Shown piece by piece: positions 1-8,634 of a stretch of DNA of 64,000 bases (the stretch's first letter is position 1; each line of letters begins with the position of its first letter). The stretch comes from Myxococcota bacterium (GTDB lineage Bacteria > Myxococcota_A > UBA9160 > UBA6930). The notes beneath the pieces are model-generated. The model was not told the origin of the DNA, searched no databases, and saw only the letters and a program-made list of their open reading frames with translations. The stretch is taken from NCBI GenBank assembly GCA_965223415.1, contig OZ245002.1, forward strand, positions 1,344,001 to 1,408,000, given 5' to 3'. The position numbers and the translations under genes are program-made.

Positions 1-2745
1 CATGCCCGGACCGAAGGCGCGGCGTAGCTCGAGCACGGAGCCGGTATCGGCGAGCAGCTCGATCACCTGCCGCACGTCGTAGATGCGCAGCCGGTTCTCG
101 GGGATCGCGGCCCGCAGCAGCCGCGGGTCGCCGCAGGCCCAGTCGTCCGTCGGCCCCTGGAAGTAGGACAGGTACTGCTTCGCCACCTGCACCGCCTCCG
201 CCTCGTCGGTGACCGGCACGTCCACGACGCCGTTCGGCACCTGCACGTCCATCGGCCCGACTTCCTCGGGCCGGAACACGCCGAGGCCGCCCCCCTCGAT
301 CATGGCCGGTCCGCCCATGCCGATGTTCGAGCCCTCGGTCGCGATCACCACGTCGCAGCAGCCGAGCAGCGCCGCGTTGCCGGCGAAGCAACGGCCGGAG
401 TTGATGCCGACCAGCGGGACCAGCCCAGAGAGGCGCCCGAAATAGTGGAAGGCCATGCAGTCCAGGCCGGCCACGCCGATGCCGTCGGTGTCACCGGGCC
501 GCCCGCCCCCGCCCTCGGTGAAGAACACCAGCGGGATGCGAAGACTCTCGGCGATCTCGAACATGCGATCCTTCTTGCGGTGGTTCTGCTGCCCTTGGGT
601 GCCGGCGAGGACCGTGTAGTCGTACGACATCACGACGCAGCGTGAGGCTTCGTCGCCGAAGCGCTCGCCGTTCACGCTGCCGATGCCCGCGATCATGCCG
701 TCGGCCGGCGTGCGCTGGATCAGGTCGTCGAGGCTGCGCCGGCGCCGCTGGGCGGCGATCACCACCGGGCCGTACTCGACGAAGGACCCCGGATCGCACA
801 GGTCCTCCACGTTCTCCCGTGCCGTTCGCTGGCCGGTCTTGCGCCGGCGGGCGACGGATTCGGGCCGTGCGGCGTCGAGCCCGATCTCGTGACGCTCGTG
901 GACCTCCGCGAGGTCCGGCCGCAGGTGGTCCGGGTCCACCGCGTCGTCGCCGCCTTCGGCGCGACCCTCGACCTCCGCCTCCTCCAGGAAGAGCAGCGGA
1001 TGGCCCTCGAAGAGCGTATCGCCGGGCGCCACGGCCAGGGCCCGCACGATCCCGCTGCGATCGGCGACGACGACGTGCTCCATCTTCATCGCTTCCATCA
1101 CCAGGAGCGCCTCGCCCCGGGCCACGGCGTCGCCCACGGCCACGTCGATGCCGACGATGGTGCCCTGAACCGGCGCGGCGACGGCCACGGTGCCGGGGGG
1201 TCCCGCCGTCCGCGCCGGAGCCGCCACCTCCGATACCGCAGGCGACGCCGCCGGCGCATCGGCGCCGCTCTTGCCATGATCGAGTACCGCCAGCGGATCG
1301 TCGCTGTCGAGGCGGGCCCCGGCACGCCCTTCCGCCTCGCCGGCCGGCGCCCGGGCCGGCTCGCTCTCGGCGGCCCGCGCGAGAAGCTCCGGCAGGTGCT
1401 CGGCGAGGAAGCTCGTCGTCACCCGGTTCTCCCGCACGGAGGGATGGGCGAGCAGGCTCTCGAGCAGGGGAAGGTTCGTCTCCACCCCCTCGATGCGGAA
1501 CTCACGCAATGCGCGCCGGGCCCGGGCGACCACGTCGGCATAGGCCGGCGACGTCGAGTGGACGATCACCTTCGCGAGGAGCGAGTCGAAATGGGGGCTC
1601 GTCGCGTAGCCCGGGTAGCCGCAGCCATCCACGCGCACGCCCGGACCTGTGGGCGGCTCGTAGCCCACCAGGACGCCACCCGAAGGACGCACGCTCCCGT
1701 CCGCGCCCAGCACCTCCATGTTGACCCGCGCCTGCAGCGCGAAGCCGCGCGCGCGCGGCGCCTCCGCACCCGCGAGGCCCAGGCTCTCCAGGGACGCGCC
1801 ACCGGCGATCTTCAGCTGGGCCGCCACCAGGTCGACGCCGGTCACCTCCTCGGTGACCGTGTGCTCCACCTGCAGCCGCGGGTTCGCCTCGATGAACGCC
1901 CAGCCGCCCTCGGCATCCAGCAGGAACTCGAAGGTGCCGAGGCTGCGGTAGCCGACCTCGTGGGCCATGCGCACGGCCGCGTCGCAGAGGGCCTCGCGGA
2001 GGGTGTGGGGAAGGGTCGGGCTGGGCGCGATCTCGACCAGCTTCTGGTGGCGTCGTTGCAGGCTGCACTCGCGCTCGCCCAGGTGCGCGATCCGGCCCTG
2101 GCCGTCGCCGACGATCTGCACCTCGACATGCCGCGCCTCGGGCACGAGCCGCTCCACGTAGAGCGCGTCGTTGCCGAAGGCGGCGCCGGCCTCGGAGGCG
2201 CAGCGCGGCCAGGCGGCTTCCAGCTCGGCGGCACTCGCAGCGGGCCGCATCCCCCGGCCGCCGCCTCCGCCGACGGCCTTGATCATCACCCTGGCCCCGG
2301 CGCCGAGAGAGGCGAGGAAGTCGCGAGCCTCCGGGAGCGAGGTCGGCCCGCCAGTACCGGGCAGCACGGGCACGCCGCAACGCTCGGCCAGCGCGCGGGC
2401 GCGTGTCTTGTCGCCGAGGGTGCGCAGGGTCTCGGGACGCGGCCCGACCCAGGTGATGCCCGCGTCCTCGCAGGCGTGGGCCAGCTCCGGGCTCTCGCTC
2501 AGGAAGCCGTAGCCGGGATGGAGGGCGTCGCATCCGCCCTCCCGGGCCGCGGCGACCAGGGCCTCCGCGTGGAGGTACGCCGCTGCGCCCCGTCCCGGGA
2601 GCGTGCGCGCCTCGTCGGCCACGCGCACGTGCAGGCTCGCCGCATCGTCGGCGGAGGCCACCGCCAGCGCCTCCAGGGCGAGATCGCTCGCGGCCCGCAG
2701 CACCCGCACCGCGACTTCCCCGCGGTTCGCGACCAGGAGCCTCAT
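1..2745 (-). CDS. Single-chain acyl-CoA carboxylase (biotin carboxylase + biotin carrier + carboxyltransferase), runs off the left edge
   Basis: Manual translation: N-terminus MRLLVANRGEVAVRV (ATG 2745), biotinylation motif VMEAMKMEH near 1075-1100, carboxyltransferase motif FTEGGGGRPGDTD near 485-525; ATG overlaps the upstream TGA (ATGA). Confidence 0.93.
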   Translation of the reverse strand, partial: MRLLVANRGEVAVRVLRAASDLALEALAVASADDAASLHVRVADEARTLPGRGAAAYLHAEALVAAAREGGCDALHPGYGFLSESPELAHACEDAGITWVGPRPETLRTLGDKTRARALAERCGVPVLPGTGGPTSLPEARDFLASLGAGARVMIKAVGGGGGRGMRPAASAAELEAAWPRCASEAGAAFGNDALYVERLVPEARHVEVQIVGDGQGRIAHLGERECSLQRRHQKLVEIAPSPTLPHTLREALCDAAVRMAHEVGYRSLGTFEFLLDAEGGWAFIEANPRLQVEHTVTEEVTGVDLVAAQLKIAGGASLESLGLAGAEAPRARGFALQARVNMEVLGADGSVRPSGGVLVGYEPPTGPGVRVDGCGYPGYATSPHFDSLLAKVIVHSTSPAYADVVARARRALREFRIEGVETNLPLLESLLAHPSVRENRVTTSFLAEHLPELLARAAESEPARAPAGEAEGRAGARLDSDDPLAVLDHGKSGADAPAASPAVSEVAAPARTAGPPGTVAVAAPVQGTIVGIDVAVGDAVARGEALLVMEAMKMEHVVVADRSGIVRALAVAPGDTLFEGHPLLFLEEAEVEGRAEGGDDAVDPDHLRPDLAEVHERHEIGLDAARPESVARRRKTGQRTARENVEDLCDPGSFVEYGPVVIAAQRRRRSLDDLIQRTPADGMIAGIGSVNGERFGDEASRCVVMSYDYTVLAGTQGQQNHRKKDRMFEIAESLRIPLVFFTEGGGGRPGDTDGIGVAGLDCMAFHYFGRLSGLVPLVGINSGRCFAGNAALLGCCDVVIATEGSNIGMGGPAMIEGGGLGVFRPEEVGPMDVQVPNGVVDVPVTDEAEAVQVAKQYLSYFQGPTDDWACGDPRLLRAAIPENRLRIYDVRQVIELLADTGSVLELRRAFGPGM

Positions 2746-3491
2746 GCGCCGCGGGCGGCCCCGTCGAAGAAGGCGCGGAGCCCGGCGCTGGATGCGGCGG
2801 AGGACTCGAAGACCGACGTGATGTGGTCACCTGGGACACTCAGGAAGGACAGGCCGTGCTTGCCGGCCCAGATCTGCATCGGATCGTGGTAGGGATCCTG
2901 TGCTCCGTTCCAGAGCAGGACGGGCCGGCCGAGCCCGATCACGGCGGCCTCGGCGCCTTCGAGCTGGAAGAGGGCGTCCCAGCAGGCGCGCAACCCCGGC
3001 TCCACCTCCGGCGTGATCCACGCCACCAGCTCCGGCGCCATGGCCTTCGCACCTGCGAGCAGGCCCTCGAAGTCGAGCTGGCCGCCGAGGGACGCGGCCG
3101 CGGTCGCTGCGCCGTGGACCAGATCCCAGCCGCCGATCACCAACGAGGCCAGTCGATCTGGATGGTGCAGGGCCACGCCCGTCGCGATCCAGCCGCCCAT
3201 CGAGTAGCCGGTGAGATGGACGCGCTCGGCGCCGACGGCGTCGAGCACGGCGACGACGTCGCCGGCGCGCTGGTCGCGTACATAGCAAGCCGGATCGTCG
3301 GGCTTGTCGCTCTCGCCGTGGCCGAGGGAGTCGATGCACACGACCCGATAGGCGTCGGAAAGGGCCGCCACGTAACCCCGCTCGGCCCAGCTCACGGCGC
3401 TGCTCAGCAGGCCGTGCTGGAACACGACCGTCGGCCCCTCCCCCTCCACCGTGTAGTGGAGGCGCTGGCCGCGGTTCGAGGCGAAGGGCAT
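2742..3491 (-). CDS. Alpha/beta fold hydrolase
   Basis: MPFASNRGQRLHY..., VFQHG, DSLGHGES, nucleophile elbow GYSMGG, C-terminal GDH; ATG overlaps the upstream TGA (TGATG). Confidence 0.9.
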   Translation of the reverse strand: MPFASNRGQRLHYTVEGEGPTVVFQHGLLSSAVSWAERGYVAALSDAYRVVCIDSLGHGESDKPDDPACYVRDQRAGDVVAVLDAVGAERVHLTGYSMGGWIATGVALHHPDRLASLVIGGWDLVHGAATAAASLGGQLDFEGLLAGAKAMAPELVAWITPEVEPGLRACWDALFQLEGAEAAVIGLGRPVLLWNGAQDPYHDPMQIWAGKHGLSFLSVPGDHITSVFESSAASSAGLRAFFDGAARGA

Positions 3492-4354
3492 CAGCTGCCC
3501 CGGCGCTTCTTCATCAGCGCGATGATCGGAGACGGCTCCGGCGGGTGCCACTTCGTCTCCTTCGGGTCCTCGTGCCAGCGGAAGGGCAGGTGCTCCACGT
3601 GGCCGGGTTCCCGAGCCTTGCCGAAGACGGCGAGGGCCGCCCGAAGCACGGCGCCCTGGGTCGCCGCGTCTCCCACGTCGCCGAAGGGCCGCCCGAAGGG
3701 ATGCTCGATCGCCGCCACTCGTGCCATGCCGATGCCCCGCTGCAGGGGCCACAGCATGTTCAGGGTGACGGTGGGGATGCCCCCCTCCTCGATCACGCGT
3801 CCGACCAGTCCCACGGACCGGCAGCAGTCCGGTCAGACCGGTGCGAGGAGCGCCAGGTCGACCTCCTCGCTCCTCATGGCGTCGGCGATCTCCGGCGCGC
3901 TCGTCCCGACGAGCGTGCTGGAGTCGTTGCCCTGGTAGCCCATGATCGAGTAGTGGCTCTCGGCCAGGGAGCCCACCACACCCTCGCCGACGAGCTCCCG
4001 CAGGCGATCGAGCGGCAGCGCGACGTTCAGGTCGCGGAGGACGTAGCCGGTATCGATGTGGAGGTGGTTCGCCTCGATGTCCGCGGCGGTCGCGTCCGCC
4101 CGCAGCTTCCGCCAACTCGGATCGCCCCGGGTCGGGCGCTGGCGCTCGAACTCCATGTCGAAGGGCGTGTCGCCCTTCATCGAGAGACCGGCGGTCGAGA
4201 GCAGCGCCACCTTCGCTTCGGCGAGTGGCTTCTCCACCGGCGTCCACGGGATCGGCGGGTGGTTGGGCTCGTCCGGAATCCCTCCGGAGAGGGCGTTCTT
4301 CAGGAAGCCCCCGGTGAAGCGCCAGGGATCCACTTTGCGTGTGGTGTCTGCCAT
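3491..4354 (-). CDS. PrdB/GrdB-like selenoprotein (glycine/sarcosine/betaine/proline reductase selenoprotein B family), 287 aa with Sec at UGA 3833-3835
   Basis: ORFs 3833-4354 and 3491-3814 are in the same frame and separated only by one TGA: ...LALLAPV-TGA-PDCCRSVGLVGRVIEEGGIPTVTL; family motifs VALLSTAG, DLNVALPLDRLREL, HPFGRPFG. Confidence 0.88.
3801..3832 (-). promoter_or_regulatory. Candidate bacterial SECIS hairpin immediately 3' of the Sec UGA
   Basis: Minus strand UGA-CCGGACUGCU-GCCGGUCC-GUG-GGACUGGU-CGG: 8-bp upper stem (with G-U pairs), G-initiated apical loop 18 nt after the UGA, CCG/CGG lower pairing. Confidence 0.65.
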
Positions 4355-4382
4355 GGCGGGAGGCTACCACGGCGGCCGTGGA

Positions 4383-5186
4383 TCAGTCCTGGAAGTCCGG
4401 CTTGCGTCCTTCCTTCCTCGCCCGGGTGGCCTCCTCGAAGTTCTGGGTCGTGAGCCGCACGTAGAGCTGGGTGTGTGACTCCATCTCGATGGCCGCGGCG
4501 AGGCTCCCGGTCTCCAGGCCGGACCAGATCATCCGCTTCGTCAGCTGGACGCCCTGGGTGCTCCAGCCGTTGATCTGGTCGGCCAGGTCGAGGGCGGCGT
4601 CCATCAGCTCCGCGTCGGGAACGGTCCGCGAGACCAACCCGATTTCGGCGGCCTCCCGGGCCGGGACGTCGCGGCCCGAAAGCATGATCTCGAAGGCGCG
4701 GCTGCTCCCGATGGCGCGGGGCAGCAGGAACGAGAGGCCGAGCTCGGTGGCCGTGAGGCCGTTGTTGATGCCGGCGGCGCGGAAGTAGGCGGACTCGGCA
4801 GCGATGCGCACGTCGCCGCCCAGGCTGAGGCACATCCCGCCGCCGATCGCGGCGCCGTTGATCGCGCAGATCACCGGCTGCGGCATGCGACGCATCGCCG
4901 GCACCAGATCGGCGAGGATGCTCATCGAACGAGTGGCGATGCGGGTGAGGGTCATTCCTTCGATGCCCGGAGGCGGCTCGGTGCCCTGGGTGTCGGCACC
5001 GGAGCAGAACCCGCGGCCGGTGCCCGTCAGCACGACGCACCAGGTGTCGTTGTCCCCCGCCACCGCCTCGATGGCCTCGTGCAGGGGCACCGCCAGCTCG
5101 AACGCCATGGAGTTCATCCGCTCCGGGCGGTCCATGACGATCACGCTGGTGTGGGGGCGCGGCTTCTCGATGCGGACGTAGCTCAT
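4383..5186 (-). CDS. Enoyl-CoA hydratase/isomerase
   Basis: MSYVRIEKPRP..., DRPERMNS, GFCSGAD, PVICAINGAAIGGG crotonase motifs. Confidence 0.93.
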   Translation of the reverse strand: MSYVRIEKPRPHTSVIVMDRPERMNSMAFELAVPLHEAIEAVAGDNDTWCVVLTGTGRGFCSGADTQGTEPPPGIEGMTLTRIATRSMSILADLVPAMRRMPQPVICAINGAAIGGGMCLSLGGDVRIAAESAYFRAAGINNGLTATELGLSFLLPRAIGSSRAFEIMLSGRDVPAREAAEIGLVSRTVPDAELMDAALDLADQINGWSTQGVQLTKRMIWSGLETGSLAAAIEMESHTQLYVRLTTQNFEEATRARKEGRKPDFQD

Positions 5187-5194
5187 CGCCGTGC

Positions 5195-5641
5195 CTAGAA
5201 GAGGAGGTGGACCAGGGATGCGATCGCCATCCAGACGGTGACGAGGAAGCCGACCATCCAGGTGATCGTGCGATGGGGCATCAGCCCCTTCTGGTAGGTC
5301 ACCATGTGGAAGATGCGTCCGAGGGGGAAGCCCAGGAAGCAGATCCAGAGCATCAGCGTGCTCGGCTGGGTGAGCGCATAGACGAAGCCCACCAGGGCGA
5401 AGGGCAGGCCGGCCTCGAGATCGTTCTGGTGGATGCGCCGGGCGCGCTCCACCTCCTCGTCGGGGACGGTCTTCGGCTCGAGATCCTGGAGGGTGTAGTC
5501 CTCGGGCGAAGCGAAGACGTTCTTCCGGATACGGATCGAGCTCACGACCATCCCGGTGGCCAGGGTCTTCAGAGCGACCACGATGCACGAGAGGGCCCAG
5601 GCCCGGATGGCGGCGTTCTCGAGCAGCTGCTCCCAGAGCAT
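5195..5641 (-). CDS. MAPEG family membrane protein (microsomal GST-like)
   Basis: Four hydrophobic segments; VFASPED and VERARRIHQNDLE motifs; GGAGG RBS. Confidence 0.88.
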   Translation of the reverse strand: MLWEQLLENAAIRAWALSCIVVALKTLATGMVVSSIRIRKNVFASPEDYTLQDLEPKTVPDEEVERARRIHQNDLEAGLPFALVGFVYALTQPSTLMLWICFLGFPLGRIFHMVTYQKGLMPHRTITWMVGFLVTVWMAIASLVHLLF

Positions 5642-5688
5642 GGCGGTCCTCCCCGCGAGATGGCGGCCACGCTAGCACGGGAGCGGCG

Positions 5689-6468
5689 TCAGACGTCGCG
5701 CTCGCGGCCTTCGGTGATCCTGCGCGTCACCGGGTCGCGCTTGCGGGGAAGCTCCGGACGCTCGCAATCGGCCGAGGCGTAGTGCGCCGAGATGGCGCGG
5801 CGGAAGCCCTCGGTCCGATTGTGACCGCTGCCGTGGAGGAGCAGGGGATGGAAGAGGAGCGTGTCGCCCGGCTCCATCTCCACGTGCACGCGATCCGCCA
5901 CGTCGACGTCGGCCGCGGCGAAGAAGCCGAAGTTCACGTGCTCCCAGTCCGGGTCGGCGTGCTTCCGGAGCTCGCCCCGATGGCTCCCGGGAAGCACGGC
6001 CAGGCAGCCGTTTTCCCGGGTACAGGGAACCAGGGCCGTCCACGTCCCGACGATCTTCCCGGCGGGCCGCAGGGCGAAATAGCGGAGGTCCTGGTGGATC
6101 GGATGGCGCGCGTCCACCCCTGGCGGCTTGTTGAAGACGTTCGTGGAGATCGTCATCAGCGAAGGGCCGATCAGCGAACGCACCGCGGCCAGGAGCCCCG
6201 GATCCTCCGCGTAGGCGAAGAGCTCCGGATCCTCCTCGAAGCTCAGGATCTTGTTGATCCCGTGCAGCGGCGTCTCCGGGACGACGACGCCCTTCGCGAC
6301 CATCACGTCCTGCATGAAGACCATGCGCGCGGGGCGGGGCACCCGGCCGAGGACCAGGTCCTCGAAGCGTTCCCCCCAGCGCGCCAGCCGCTCGGGAGCG
6401 AAGAAGCCGCGCAGCAGCAGGAAGCCGTCGCGTTCGTACTCCGCGACCTGCCCTGCGCCGAGACCCAT
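5689..6468 (-). CDS. Phytanoyl-CoA dioxygenase (PhyH) family 2OG-Fe(II) enzyme
   Basis: HPIHQDLRYF, ENGCLAVLPGSH, FHPLLLHGSGHN, RRAISAHY. Confidence 0.93.
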   Translation of the reverse strand: MGLGAGQVAEYERDGFLLLRGFFAPERLARWGERFEDLVLGRVPRPARMVFMQDVMVAKGVVVPETPLHGINKILSFEEDPELFAYAEDPGLLAAVRSLIGPSLMTISTNVFNKPPGVDARHPIHQDLRYFALRPAGKIVGTWTALVPCTRENGCLAVLPGSHRGELRKHADPDWEHVNFGFFAAADVDVADRVHVEMEPGDTLLFHPLLLHGSGHNRTEGFRRAISAHYASADCERPELPRKRDPVTRRITEGRERDV

Positions 6469-6511
6469 GGGCGCGAGGATAGGCCGGCTTGTGCCATGCT
6501 CGCCCCCTCAC

Positions 6512-7870
6512 ATGCCGGGACCCCGCGACTCCCTCGAGCCCGCCCGCCTCGAGCCGGCCCTGGTCGCCGCCTACTGCGTGCCGACCCTCGGGGTGAACTT
6601 CTCCCTGGTGCTCACCTTCGCCTACGTGGCGAAGTACGCGACGGACGTGCTGCTGATCGCGCCGGCGACCATGGGCCTGATCTTCGGGCTCTCGCGCATC
6701 TGGGACGCCGTGACGGACCCGGTCGTCGGGTTCTGGAGCGACGCGACGCGCAGCGCCCTGGGGCGCCGCCGGCCCTGGATCCTGGCCTCCGGGGTGCCGC
6801 TGGCGGTCTTCGGCCTGGCCCTGTGGGCGCCGCCGCGGAGCCTCGCCGGGGGAGCGCTCACCACCTGGTTCGCCGTGGCCTTCGTCGCCTACATGACGGC
6901 GACGACGGTCTTCAACGTCCCGCACATGGCGCTGGGCGCCGAGCTCAGCGACGCCCAACACCTTCGCACCCGTCTGTTCGGGCTGCGTCACGCCACCGCC
7001 ACCCTGGGCTCGGCACTGGCCCTCGTGCTCGGCACCACCCTCCTCGTGCGCGCGAGCGATCCGCGGGAGACAGCGCTCTGGCTCTTCTCGCTGATCGGCG
7101 CCCTGTGCATTGCAACCACAGCGCTGGCGGCGTGGCGGCTGCGGGAGCGCCCGGAGCACCGCGAGCGCGGCGGACGTCACCCATGGGCGGCGTTCCGCGA
7201 CGTCGTCCGCAACCCCCACGGACGCCTGCTCGTGACGATGTACTTCATCGAGCACATGGGCACCGGGGCGACCTCCGTGCTCTCGCCCTACATCCTGCAC
7301 TACGTGATCGGCGCTCCGGAGGCGCTGGGCCTGGTGTACGCGTTCTACACGGGAGCCCTGCTTCTCTCGATCCCGGTGTGGGTCGGTCTCGCTCGGCGGC
7401 TCGGAAAGAAGACCACCTGGCTGCTCGGCATGGCCACGGCCATGGTGGGCTACGCGAGCCTCTTCTTCGTCGGCGAGGGCACGCTCGCGCTGATGTGCGG
7501 CGTGGTCTGCCTCACCGGCTCGGCGGCGAGCTGCGGAACCGTCGTCGGCCCCTCGGTGCAGGCCGACGTGATCGACTGGGACGAGCACGCCACCGGCGAG
7601 CGCAAAGAAGGCTCCTACTACTCGACCTTCACCTTCCTGCAGAAGGCCTCGGCGGGCGTGATGGCCATGCTGACCGGCCTGGCGCTCCAGCAGGTTGGCT
7701 TCGAGCCGAACGTCGAGCAGGGAGACACGACCAAGCTGGTCATGCGCAGCCTGATCGCCCTGGTGCCGCTGGGCTGTTTCGTCGTCGGGGCGGCGATCTT
7801 CTCCCGCTTCCGTCTCACCGAGGACGTCCACGCCGCCATTCGCGCCGAGCTGGACGCCCGGAGAGGCTGA
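6512..7870 (+). CDS. MFS transporter, glycoside-pentoside-hexuronide (MelB-like) family
   Basis: WDAVTDPVVGFWSD, GRRRPWI, PHMALGAELS, ADVIDWDE..GERKEG; 12 hydrophobic segments. Start chosen at ATG 6512. Confidence 0.9.
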   Translation: MPGPRDSLEPARLEPALVAAYCVPTLGVNFSLVLTFAYVAKYATDVLLIAPATMGLIFGLSRIWDAVTDPVVGFWSDATRSALGRRRPWILASGVPLAVFGLALWAPPRSLAGGALTTWFAVAFVAYMTATTVFNVPHMALGAELSDAQHLRTRLFGLRHATATLGSALALVLGTTLLVRASDPRETALWLFSLIGALCIATTALAAWRLRERPEHRERGGRHPWAAFRDVVRNPHGRLLVTMYFIEHMGTGATSVLSPYILHYVIGAPEALGLVYAFYTGALLLSIPVWVGLARRLGKKTTWLLGMATAMVGYASLFFVGEGTLALMCGVVCLTGSAASCGTVVGPSVQADVIDWDEHATGERKEGSYYSTFTFLQKASAGVMAMLTGLALQQVGFEPNVEQGDTTKLVMRSLIALVPLGCFVVGAAIFSRFRLTEDVHAAIRAELDARRG

Positions 7871-7911
7871 ATCCCGTCAACTCGGGGGGCCGAACGGCCG
7901 ATCCAGCCCCC

Positions 7912-8634
7912 ATGGTGGGGCCCCCGGAGCGAAGGCAGACCCAGCGCGTCGCGCTGGCGGAGCCGATCTGGCTGCTCAGCTGGCGGGGGATCCAGCGGGC
8001 GACGCTGCGGGACGGAACCGCGGTTTCCCTGGGGCTGGCGGTCCGCGGGCGGTCCCCGGCGGCGGGGAGCCGGGCGATCGTGCTACTGCCGGGCGGCCCG
8101 GACCAGCTCCTCCCGGCGCCGGTCTTCGCCCGGATCGTGCGCGGCGCCGGCTCGGCAGGCCTGATCTTCACCTCGATTCCCCGCTCGTCGCGCCTCGCCC
8201 TGCAGGCGCTGCTCGACCGGGAGGCAACGGACACCCCGGCGGGCGAGTCCCAGGGCGGACCGCGTCGTCGCGCCGTGCGACGCCACTACAGCGTTCGGCT
8301 TGCGGCCCGGTCGGTCTGGCTCCCCCATGTGCTGGTCGCCCGGGATCTCTCGACGGAAGGGGTCCGGGTGCACGCCCTCCCCTGGGCCGCCGTGGGCAGC
8401 GAGCTGCGCATCTCGTTCCCGGTGCCCGGCGCGCCCTCGCCGATCTCCATCTCCGCCCGGGTCGCCCGCCACGACGGAGACGCGGGAACGATCCTCCGCT
8501 TCCATTCGGTCACACCGGAGGAGCGGGAGGGCCTGGACGGCCTGCTCGCCCTGTTGCCCGAGCTCCCGGACGGCCGTCGCGAGGGCGTCGCCTTGGCGGC
8601 CGTCGAGAACGACTACGACAGCGGCGCTGCCTGA
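7912..8634 (+). CDS. Putative tandem PilZ-domain protein
   Basis: ERRQTQRV and RRRAVRR (RxxxR) followed by RDLSTEGVRV (DxSxxG), ARIVR/ARVARH strands; overlaps the convergent gene by 22 bp. Confidence 0.6.
   Translation: MVGPPERRQTQRVALAEPIWLLSWRGIQRATLRDGTAVSLGLAVRGRSPAAGSRAIVLLPGGPDQLLPAPVFARIVRGAGSAGLIFTSIPRSSRLALQALLDREATDTPAGESQGGPRRRAVRRHYSVRLAARSVWLPHVLVARDLSTEGVRVHALPWAAVGSELRISFPVPGAPSPISISARVARHDGDAGTILRFHSVTPEEREGLDGLLALLPELPDGRREGVALAAVENDYDSGAA

Noticed and set aside
889..2892. Long plus-strand ORF (667 aa) and similar long ORFs such as 9726-13700, 15924-18548, 19656-22040, 40338-43091, 59656-61980
   Set aside because: Antisense or off-frame shadows of real genes, expected at this GC content; Arg/Pro/Gly-rich with no family motifs.
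3491..3814. Separate 107-aa gene
   Set aside because: Better explained as the C-terminal half of the UGA-readthrough selenoprotein; its GTG is the SECIS loop.
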